Shown here piece after piece: positions 26,671 to 37,973 of a stretch of DNA of 44,241 bases; position 1 is the stretch's first letter, and every line of letters starts with the position of its first letter. The position numbers were made by a program, and so were the translations under genes. Under the pieces are notes generated by a model, which worked only from the letters and a program-made list of their open reading frames with translations, was not told the DNA's origin and ran no database searches. Source of the DNA: an uncultured bacterium (lineage in GTDB: Bacteria; Hydrogenedentota; Hydrogenedentia; Hydrogenedentales; JAEUWI01); contig CAXBPH010000016.1 of the NCBI GenBank assembly GCA_963977445.1, forward strand, positions 1-44,241, given 5' to 3'.

Positions 26671-27636
26671 CTATAACCAGCGTTCGAACCAATCGTCCGC
26701 CATATCCAACGTTTCAAAGGTCAATTGGTGCCCATCGTCATGGCTGAAATGTTCTATAGCCCGGGGGGCGCCAAAATACGTGTAGAGATTCTCCACCATT
26801 GCGACCGCTTCTTCGCAACTCTCGGGGTTGCTCACCGCAGCATCCATCATTGCCGTGATAATCAATACCGCGCTCGGTGCCGCCATGGCAAGGAGGTGCT
26901 CCCAATCGAATTCAAAATTGCCCGAATCAATAGCCGCCTGCAATCCCGGAAGCAGGTTTATGGGACCAGACTCGGTCCATCGCTTGACGTCCGTATCCGT
27001 GCTGAAGCGAGAAAAGCCACAACTCGCAACGCAGCTCTGCACCCGGCCATCGAGGGCAGCCAGCAGCAAGGCATTGGTGCCGCCCAGGCCGTGGCCAACG
27101 ACGCCGATACGGGAAGAATCCACCCGGGGCTCTTCCGCAAAAACGTCCAGGGCGTGCTGGTGGTCGGTGAGCATCTTGCCCAGAAGGGTGGTATCCGGAT
27201 GGTCACGATAGAACATGGTGGTGTCGTAGGCAGCAGAACGACTTGAGAGCCGTTCGCCGGCAGTAATACAGTCAGGGGCGAGCGTAACATAGCCATGATT
27301 GGCGTAGTGGGCTGCGAGAGCCATTCGTCCCGTACCTTCCAAGCCCGCCGGTTCGTCTTTACCCTGTCGACACTCTTGATGACAACACAGAATACCCGGC
27401 ACTTCTTCCTGGCCTTCTGGAATAAACATCCACGCGGAAACACGGGTCCAGTCATCTACAAAATAGTTCACCCTGCGGCGAACATAGCGTGGAAAATCCA
27501 CTTCATCCAGTACCGTAAGCTGTAGATCCGTCCGCTTTTCAGGACGTTCCCCCAGCAGTACATCTACGGCGGCGGCGATCTCTTTCCGCGCTTTTGACCA
27601 ACTGGCGGCGCTATCCAGCGAACTAAGATCAACCAT
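26671..27636 (-). CDS. Dienelactone-hydrolase/acetylxylan-esterase-like alpha/beta hydrolase, nucleophile apparently replaced
   Basis: PGILCCHQ, GYVTLAPD, VDSSRIGVVGHGLGG and a C-terminal GH; GGGAG RBS before ATG 27636. Confidence 0.85.
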   Translation of the reverse strand: MVDLSSLDSAASWSKARKEIAAAVDVLLGERPEKRTDLQLTVLDEVDFPRYVRRRVNYFVDDWTRVSAWMFIPEGQEEVPGILCCHQECRQGKDEPAGLEGTGRMALAAHYANHGYVTLAPDCITAGERLSSRSAAYDTTMFYRDHPDTTLLGKMLTDHQHALDVFAEEPRVDSSRIGVVGHGLGGTNALLLAALDGRVQSCVASCGFSRFSTDTDVKRWTESGPINLLPGLQAAIDSGNFEFDWEHLLAMAAPSAVLIITAMMDAAVSNPESCEEAVAMVENLYTYFGAPRAIEHFSHDDGHQLTFETLDMADDWFERWL

Positions 27637-27748
27637 CCTGTTATTTCTCCCTGCTTGCAATATGGTTTCCCAATACGTTGTAGCCTATGGCAACATCGCA
27701 CTGCAAGCTGGAGCACAGGGCCAATTCGGGTAGAACTCGATTGCGTAA

Positions 27749-31038
<3,290 letters not shown>

Positions 31039-31086
31039 ACATCCCCCGCAGCGACACTTCCAGCTTAAGCACTATAGGGACACCCA

Positions 31087-31137
31087 ATGCTCCGCAACAC
31101 AGAAGAAACGTTCTCAACCGCCGTGGTATACCATTGA
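31087..31137 (+). CDS. Putative 16-aa upstream ORF coupled to the ABC ATPase
   Basis: AGGGA RBS then ATG 31087; encodes MLRNTEETFSTAVVYH; its TGA overlaps the TTG start at 31134 (TTGA). Confidence 0.35.
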   Translation: MLRNTEETFSTAVVYH

Positions 31138-31898
31138 CTACACCTATCGTAGAAGTGGTCGACCTGGTCGCACATTACGGTGAGACGCTCATTCTCGATA
31201 AGGTCTCCTGTGCCGTGGAGCCGGGAGAGATTTTCGTCATTGTCGGCGGTAGTGGCTGCGGTAAGACGACCCTGCTTCGCCATATGTGCGGGCTGCACAA
31301 GGCGACTTCCGGGAAAATCATTTACCGGAATCAGGATCTGACGATACTGGATGAGGATGAATTGGCCAAATTGCAACGGACGATAGGCATTGCTTTTCAG
31401 TCGAGTGGACTCTTCAACTCGATGACCGTAGGCGAGAATGTGGCCCTGCCGATTCGGGAATATGGCGATGTAGACGAACGGCTGATCGATTCGATCGTTC
31501 GTATGAAATTGAGTTTTGTAGGACTGGGCGACTCCGGTCACCTGATGCCCAGTGAATTATCGGGTGGTATGCGAAAACGAGCCGGGTTGGCCCGAGCCAT
31601 CGCGCTGGACCCACCCCTGGTCTATTTTGATGAACCGTCTGCCGGACTCGATCCGATTATGGCCGCCGGACTGGATGAATTGATTCTGGATATGCGCAAT
31701 CTTCTGGGATTGACCTTTGTTATCGTCACCCATGAGTTGGATTCCATTCGGAAGGTTGCCGACAAGGTGTTGATGCTGGATCGTGGAATCGGGATATTTT
31801 CTGGTTCCCTGGCCGAAGCCGAGAATTCTGATGTCCCGCGTGTTCGTCAGCTCTTCGAACGGCGACCCGACGAGTTTATCGCACAGCGTAACGTGTAG
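31134..31898 (+). CDS. mlaF: MlaF-family ABC ATP-binding protein
   Basis: GGSGCGKT, LSGGMRKRAGLARAIALDP, FDEPSAGLDP and VTHE motifs. Confidence 0.92.
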   Translation: MTTPIVEVVDLVAHYGETLILDKVSCAVEPGEIFVIVGGSGCGKTTLLRHMCGLHKATSGKIIYRNQDLTILDEDELAKLQRTIGIAFQSSGLFNSMTVGENVALPIREYGDVDERLIDSIVRMKLSFVGLGDSGHLMPSELSGGMRKRAGLARAIALDPPLVYFDEPSAGLDPIMAAGLDELILDMRNLLGLTFVIVTHELDSIRKVADKVLMLDRGIGIFSGSLAEAENSDVPRVRQLFERRPDEFIAQRNV

Positions 31899-31957
31899 CA
31901 CGATCTGAAGACGGGAATTTACCGACTTTTTCGGACGTGCAGGAGTAGGAGTTTACC

Positions 31958-32941
31958 GTGGCAACAAAAAAAGTAAAAGCGAAAGTGGGCCTCTTTCTCA
32001 CGCTCTGTTTTGGCCTCATGATTTGGGGGGCCGTCTATATTTCCGGGCTCTATGGCGAATCGGGAGACACCTTCTGGCTCGAATTTGACGACTCCGTCCT
32101 CGGGGTATACGAGGGCGGCATTGTCCAGTTCCTCGGGGTCCCTGTCGGCAAAGTCTCGGATATTTCCGTCACCGCCAGCAACCGTGCCCACATTGAAATT
32201 GTCATCAATCCGTCTAAAATTGCCCTTTATCGCGGCGTCGAAGCCCAACTCGTCTTATACAGCCTTGCCGCCGGCACCATGGCCATTGAACTTTCCGGCG
32301 GACGACTGGAAGATGGCCTACTGCCCCCCAACAGCCAAATTTCCGCCCGGGCCTCGGCCTTTGCCGCTATCAGCACCAAAGTTGAAGAATTGATGGATGA
32401 TGCCTCATCCATCATCGACAAAATAAATGTCGGATTCAGCGGCATGGAGCCCGGCGACCTGTCAGAGATTGTCCTGCGGACCAAAAATGCAATTACAGAA
32501 GTAGAACATCTTCTCGTAGAAACCCGCGAAACCGTGACAACAACGCGGGATGTTATCGCCAAGGTCGAAATAAAAATTGACCCGGTGGTTGATGAAGTGA
32601 TGGCACTCAGTTCCGAATTCCGGGACACCTCCGGCAAGGTGGGCGAATTCCTGGACGTGGCTACGAAAAAGACCAACGAGTTGGACGTGGCCAGCCTGTC
32701 TTCGCGGGTGGAAGAAGTTCTCCAGGAAATTGCGACACTGACCGTGCAACTCAATAAATCGGTCGACACGCTGGATGCTTCCTCTGTATCGATGCTGCAC
32801 GAAGCGGACAATATTGAGTTCGCTTTCCGATCGACCCTCACGGAAACCTCCGACACCTTGCTTGCCCTCGAAGCGCTGGTCAAGCAATTGAAAGAAAATC
32901 CATCGTCCCTCCTACGGGGAAAAGGCAGGATTAAGGAATGA
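31958..32941 (+). CDS. mlaD: MlaD/MCE-family protein with helical C-terminus
   Basis: KVGLF TM anchor; FDDSVLGVYEGGIVQFLGVPVGKV MCE motif; ends LKENPSSLLRG; AGGAG RBS before GTG. Confidence 0.9.
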   Translation: MATKKVKAKVGLFLTLCFGLMIWGAVYISGLYGESGDTFWLEFDDSVLGVYEGGIVQFLGVPVGKVSDISVTASNRAHIEIVINPSKIALYRGVEAQLVLYSLAAGTMAIELSGGRLEDGLLPPNSQISARASAFAAISTKVEELMDDASSIIDKINVGFSGMEPGDLSEIVLRTKNAITEVEHLLVETRETVTTTRDVIAKVEIKIDPVVDEVMALSSEFRDTSGKVGEFLDVATKKTNELDVASLSSRVEEVLQEIATLTVQLNKSVDTLDASSVSMLHEADNIEFAFRSTLTETSDTLLALEALVKQLKENPSSLLRGKGRIKE

Positions 32942-33576
32942 AAACCAAATCAACCGCCCTTTGTTTACTTGTCCTGGGCACGTCAACCCTTTCCGGTTGC
33001 CTCACGCCAAAGGCTATCCAGGCCACCCGGTACTATACGGTCTCTCACACATCGGTAACGCCCGGTGAAACGATTAGCCAGGCATCCCTCGGACTTCGTC
33101 CCTTTGTTGCTGCCCGGCCCTATAAGCTGGAAATGGCCTATCGGGCCGCCACCAATCGTCTGGGCTACTACTCCCGCTCTGAATGGGCCGAACTTCCCGG
33201 CACGGTGGTCAGCCGCGCAGTTTTTGACAATATCGTCAAGGGAAATCTCTATCAGGATGCCGGCGAGGCCACGGCCATGGCCCATCCCGACTTCATCTTT
33301 ACCGGTGAATTGCGGCGCTTTGAGACCGACTATACGGGAGATTCACCGGAATTTGTGGTTGCTGTTTCCGCATCCATTCGCTCAACGCTGGATGGTGCTC
33401 GGGCCTGGCAAGACCAAATCGAAGTGCGTACCCCGTTAAACGTGACGACGTATGCAAATCCTACCGATGACACCCTCTTGGAAATCGCACGGGCGGCCAG
33501 TGAAGCCGTTAGCGCATTATCCCAGGAGCTTACCAAACGAGTTCGCGTCACCTTGAGTGCTTCTACCCCAAAGTAA
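32938..33576 (+). CDS. PqiC-like ABC-transport auxiliary lipoprotein
   Basis: Lipobox LSGC; RYY, WAELP and GELRRFE motifs; ATGA overlap with the MCE gene. Confidence 0.85.
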   Translation: MKTKSTALCLLVLGTSTLSGCLTPKAIQATRYYTVSHTSVTPGETISQASLGLRPFVAARPYKLEMAYRAATNRLGYYSRSEWAELPGTVVSRAVFDNIVKGNLYQDAGEATAMAHPDFIFTGELRRFETDYTGDSPEFVVAVSASIRSTLDGARAWQDQIEVRTPLNVTTYANPTDDTLLEIARAASEAVSALSQELTKRVRVTLSASTPK

Positions 33577-33726
33577 TCAGGTAAGCGGCAAGGCTGCAAA
33601 CGCCGATTCAGGTGTCAGCGCAGCCGAGCGGGAGCGCTGTCGAAGGCGCGCACCATCGGTGCGGCCATACCACGCAAACAGATACAGCGGTAGCCCGGTT
33701 CTTGTCCGAAGGAAATCAACGGAGAA

Positions 33727-35526
33727 TCAGGATCCCAGCAGGTTGGCAATATTCATATCACCATTTGCCATAATGTGCTGGATTAACTGACTCCAGTCGG
33801 TCGACGTGGCCTGTGGATTGTTGACCACATCCTGCGCACTGGTTACGTACTGGGACACATCGAAAATACTCTCGGCCAGCACGTTGATACCGTCTCCCAG
33901 CAGGGCGACGTTCTCTGGCTTCTGGAGTATTTCTGCAATACCCTGAATGGCAGACAAGGCGTCTTGCTGGGTTTCCAGACCCGCCTGCTGAACGATGGCC
34001 ATTTCGGCACCGTCAGTAATCTGTATACCCAGCTGATTCACCGCATTGTAAATCTGCTCGGCTGTTTCATTGTCGCCCTGCTCAGCATAATAGGCACCAT
34101 AGCCCAGCAGCTCACTTCGCAACGCGGCAATATCAGCCACCTCGGATTGTCCCGCGGTGGCGACGGCCAGATACTGGGCAACCTCGGCATCGAGTCCACT
34201 CGCTTCAAGGGCGGCTTCGTACTGACGCATACTTTCCAGGGTGTAGGGCCGTGCTGCAGATTGGGTGGCACCATTGGCCAGCGCACTCATGGCACTGCCC
34301 GATTCCCCCCGGGCCATATAGTCGGCAGCGAGCATATAGTGGGGCAGGCTGTTGTTGCCGTTGAGGGCGATGAGATTTTCCAGGTTGGCCTGCCGCTCAG
34401 CCGATAAGGCCGGATCACCCGACAGGGCCTGTGCCAAAGCGTAGCGTAAACTTTCGTTTTCCGGATCAGTAACGAGTGCTGCGCGAAGCACGGCCGCCGC
34501 TTCTTCCGGTGGAAGGAACTTGGCCGCGCCGATGAGCGCATCCATGGAAATATCGAGATCCTGAAGCAGCGACGAGGCTTCGTCTGCGCTCAAGCTGGCC
34601 AGACGCTGAAACGTGGCCGCATCATTCACCAGCGCGCGCCGACGGGCGTTAATCGCGTCCTGCACAGTAATCGCTTCCGCCCCGCCCATATTGTTGGGGC
34701 GCCCCTCGAGATCCCCCTCGTCGGGTACGGTCGCCTCCGGGAGTTCGTCAAAGGGGATAACCCGGGTCAACCCCGTCAAGTCATCCTGACCCCCATCAGG
34801 CAATGGAATCGACGGGTTCTGGGGATGCTGTGCAACCAAATTCGTAGGGCTATCTTCGTCCATATAGTGATAGGTCAACCACGCCCCGGCCAGACAGAGA
34901 ACGGCGGCGGCCGCCCAACTTCCGTAGAGGACAGGGCGACGTTTCTGAGGCATGCTGACCGTACTGGCCGCCGCCCCACGGGGCCGCAACGGCACTACTT
35001 CGGGGTGCCTGGATGCCGGGCTACCAATTTTCAGCATAATCCCGGCCACCAGATCGACGGTCGGTGTGGCGTTGGCCATTTCACTACCCAGGGTATTCAA
35101 TGCTCCGGTCAAGGGACCATAGGGCAGTTCAATTTCTCGTTCGGACTGGTGCGACGCTTTCGCGGCATCGAGAACACATGCGACGAGATCTACCTCCGCA
35201 ATGTCTTCATGCCATGCCCGCGCGGCTGACTCAAGGTCTTGCTCCAACGCGTAAAAGGGACGTTGCTCCCCCGTAAGGGCTTCCCAGTTCAGTTGCGTAA
35301 CGGAGTCCTGCACGGCGTCAACGATATCGATGCCACCAACGTTTTTATGAATAGAGGCACCCAAGGCCGCCAACGTGTCGCCCATTTCCTGAAGCTCCAG
35401 AAAACGCGCACGAAAGGCTGGATCTTCATCCAGACGACGCAACACGGCATCCCGTTCGGAGCCTTCCTCAGGCACATCCAGCAACAGGGCGAGGTACTGC
35501 CCATCTCTATCAGAAGTTGTGTTCAC
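33727..35526 (-). CDS. Putative transmembrane anti-sigma factor with a large helical/TPR-like extracytoplasmic domain
   Basis: Overlaps the ECF sigma stop (GTGA); anti-sigma-like N-terminus, WAAAAVLCLAGAWL TM helix and an alpha-helical C-terminal region. Confidence 0.75.
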   Translation of the reverse strand: MNTTSDRDGQYLALLLDVPEEGSERDAVLRRLDEDPAFRARFLELQEMGDTLAALGASIHKNVGGIDIVDAVQDSVTQLNWEALTGEQRPFYALEQDLESAARAWHEDIAEVDLVACVLDAAKASHQSEREIELPYGPLTGALNTLGSEMANATPTVDLVAGIMLKIGSPASRHPEVVPLRPRGAAASTVSMPQKRRPVLYGSWAAAAVLCLAGAWLTYHYMDEDSPTNLVAQHPQNPSIPLPDGGQDDLTGLTRVIPFDELPEATVPDEGDLEGRPNNMGGAEAITVQDAINARRRALVNDAATFQRLASLSADEASSLLQDLDISMDALIGAAKFLPPEEAAAVLRAALVTDPENESLRYALAQALSGDPALSAERQANLENLIALNGNNSLPHYMLAADYMARGESGSAMSALANGATQSAARPYTLESMRQYEAALEASGLDAEVAQYLAVATAGQSEVADIAALRSELLGYGAYYAEQGDNETAEQIYNAVNQLGIQITDGAEMAIVQQAGLETQQDALSAIQGIAEILQKPENVALLGDGINVLAESIFDVSQYVTSAQDVVNNPQATSTDWSQLIQHIMANGDMNIANLLGS

Positions 35527-36149
35527 ATGTCATCTCGTGTCAGGACAAAATCGTTCCGCAGCTGTTTCAAAATTCGATGCAGTCGGGTACGCACGGCGCC
35601 TTCCGTGCTGCCGACTGTCTCGGCAATATCTCGGGCAGAAAGCTTGTGAAAATAGCGTAACACCACCATTTCACGGGCTTCTTCTGCCAGCGAATCAAGC
35701 ATTCCCATTAATACCCGATTGCGCTCTTTCGTAAGTAGCTGCTCGTAGGGGCCGTCGGCGGGTGCCTGCATCACCTCGCCGTAGTCATCACGAGCAGAAC
35801 TTGCATATTCTTCCAGGGTCTCCATATGGACCGTCTTCCGCCGTTTGATTTCATTCAAACAGAGGTTTCGGGCAATACAGAGCATCCAGGGTTTAAACTT
35901 TCGACTCACCTCAAAACGCGCGCGGGCGGCATAAATGCGTAGAAAAGTCTCTTGCGACATTTCCTTCGCCGACTCGACGTTTTTGAGATAATGGAGACAA
36001 AACCGAAAAATATCGTTCTGGTAGCGCTCAACAATAGTGGCCAGGGCGAGGTCATCGCCACCGTCCAAGGCCGCCATCAAGGCTTCGTCGGTCACTTCAT
36101 TTGCGCTTTTCATGCAGCCATCCGTATCTTTAAGCGCAAACTCAGCCAT
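35523..36149 (-). CDS. ECF-type RNA polymerase sigma factor
   Basis: AKEMSQETFLRIY, FKPWMLCIARNLCLN (region 2) and LSARDIAETVGSTEGAVRTRLHR (region 4); GAGGAGG RBS. Confidence 0.95.
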   Translation of the reverse strand: MAEFALKDTDGCMKSANEVTDEALMAALDGGDDLALATIVERYQNDIFRFCLHYLKNVESAKEMSQETFLRIYAARARFEVSRKFKPWMLCIARNLCLNEIKRRKTVHMETLEEYASSARDDYGEVMQAPADGPYEQLLTKERNRVLMGMLDSLAEEAREMVVLRYFHKLSARDIAETVGSTEGAVRTRLHRILKQLRNDFVLTRDDM

Positions 36150-36302
36150 GACGCCCTCCTCAGTTTCAAACTCCGATTAGTAGTACCAGCCACTAACGAA
36201 AACATCACATGCGATTGTGTAATCATTCCACATTCCATCACCGTTTTTATCGCCTAACTCATTTCAAACAAATCATTTAAGCCCCCAAAAAACATTCTAT
36301 TC

Positions 36303-36863
36303 TTACTCCCCGGAAGCAAATCGTATCCGAACCGGCAGCGCACCCGCCGACCGGGTCATCTCGATGGACTTAATATACGCGTCAACCGCCTCAATTGCAT
36401 GTTTCGCATCCCGAAGTGCCCCCGCTCTCAGCGCCCTGTCCTCTGGATACCGAGCCATGGAGGCACATCGATGCACTGCCGCGCGAAGCCCCTGGTAGGG
36501 AGTAACATCGCTCATGGGGTTATCCTCAATGCGCTGCTCAAGGAATCGTATGTCTCGACGAAACACCCTATCGATCCAGTTGCGTGCATCGGGCACTACG
36601 GCACCTTCCCTGGAAGCAACCACATCATAATAGTCATTGCACGCCTTGGTAAGGTCATTGGAAATGCCACGCAGTAGAATGGCACGTTGCTGGGTCCAGG
36701 CCGACGCCGGTGGTTTTTCACCGAGTCCCCGCGTCATCCAAAGGACCAGGGCAAAAGATAGGGCCATGGCCAGAATACTCAGCCCCATGGTCAACAGGAT
36801 GAATAGGGACCGGCGACGAAAGGTCGATTCCCCACTACCCGTCTTCGGGCGTTTGCGGAACAT
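36303..36863 (-). CDS. Hypothetical single-TM protein
   Basis: 186-aa ORF with a basic N-terminus then one hydrophobic helix; AGGGG upstream; co-oriented with its neighbours. Confidence 0.7.
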   Translation of the reverse strand: MFRKRPKTGSGESTFRRRSLFILLTMGLSILAMALSFALVLWMTRGLGEKPPASAWTQQRAILLRGISNDLTKACNDYYDVVASREGAVVPDARNWIDRVFRRDIRFLEQRIEDNPMSDVTPYQGLRAAVHRCASMARYPEDRALRAGALRDAKHAIEAVDAYIKSIEMTRSAGALPVRIRFASGE

Positions 36864-36883
36864 AGTGTGTGCCCCTATTCCAG

Positions 36884-37726
36884 TTATTTCTTGGGTGACC
36901 GCAGTAAACGACGCAGATTGGTCTCGTCGTTCATCCAGGCCACGGCCTTGTCGTATTCAGCATAACACTCCTCGCGCTTGCGAAACTTTGGAGGATGGAT
37001 GAGACGTCGGCCTGTGGCGCTTTCCTCGATACCCATATGGGCATGAAGCATCTCGTGAAATACGATATAGCGGATAAAATAGGTGGGAACAAAGTCCTGA
37101 TCCAGATAGGGGTGGATTCGAATCAAATCGTCGGTGGGCGAAAAACTACCAAATCGAATAGAGCGGCGACGGCGCAGGGTGGGCATGCGCCCCCAGGTGA
37201 TGGGGGTATTAACCTCTTCCGCGAATTCTTCTCGATTGACCCCCTCGTAGAGCAGGCGCAGGTCGAAAAAGCGGCCTTCCGTACGGAGACTCGATGCCCG
37301 TGGGCGGCGGGAGACAATCAGATGGCGCTGCTCGGCGATGAAGGCTTCCAGGACCTCCCCGGCAACTTTGGCGCGGGGCCGCATAATCCACTTCCCCAGC
37401 GCCTTCCGCACCGCCTCGGGGGCCTCCAGAAACATATGGTGCAGGCTGACGATGGGATGTCCGCCCTGACGCTCATAGCGAAGACTTATCATGGTGGAGC
37501 TGTTATTCGTAATGCGCAACCGAAAATCCACGCCCGTAGCGTCCCGTAGCACCTGGTGGAGGGCGTCGGCGCGCTGCTCGGTGACCGAGCGCTCCGTCAC
37601 GGGCTCCAGGGTCTGTGAACGACAGGAGAGGAGGCCTCCCGCAGGGCTCTCCATGGCGGCTGAAGGCCCGGGGGGCTCAACAATCCCCTCCTTGGTGAAG
37701 GGCAATTCAAGCTGCATCTGGTCCAC
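36884..37726 (-). CDS. SprT-like zinc metalloprotease
   Basis: ITWGR..RSIRFGSF..IRIHPYLD..VP..IRYIVFHEMLH..HPPKF (HExxH plus a third His). Start placed at GTG 37726 (GAGG 6 nt upstream). Confidence 0.85.
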   Translation of the reverse strand: MDQMQLELPFTKEGIVEPPGPSAAMESPAGGLLSCRSQTLEPVTERSVTEQRADALHQVLRDATGVDFRLRITNNSSTMISLRYERQGGHPIVSLHHMFLEAPEAVRKALGKWIMRPRAKVAGEVLEAFIAEQRHLIVSRRPRASSLRTEGRFFDLRLLYEGVNREEFAEEVNTPITWGRMPTLRRRRSIRFGSFSPTDDLIRIHPYLDQDFVPTYFIRYIVFHEMLHAHMGIEESATGRRLIHPPKFRKREECYAEYDKAVAWMNDETNLRRLLRSPKK

Positions 37727-37973
37727 GAATTTCCTCGCTGTCGTTGCTTTCTGAAAGATTAGTACCCCTTCTCCGCAAGCGACCGCCTTGGGACGACATT
37801 GACTTCCTGACGAAACATACCAGATTTGACCCAAAATTCCCAATTGACGCTGACCCGTGGTCTGCCGGGGCAAGAATCGCCCCCAGTCGCCACCGGAATG
37901 TGCGGTTCGCGCCGTCGCTGCGGAATACACTATGCTATAGCTCGATCCAGAGGAATGGAGGGAGTTTCAAGCA

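Noticed and set aside
37799..37856. Cluster of five TGAC words as an operator array
   Set aside because: The spacing is irregular and the word is too short to distinguish from chance or overlapping -35 elements.
37727..37930. N-terminal extension of the SprT-like ORF given by the ORF track
   Set aside because: It fills the divergent promoter region, and an SD-supported GTG exists at 37726. Similar over-long starts were trimmed for the MFP, GNAT, def, dnaA, MoxR, hydrolase and ligA genes.
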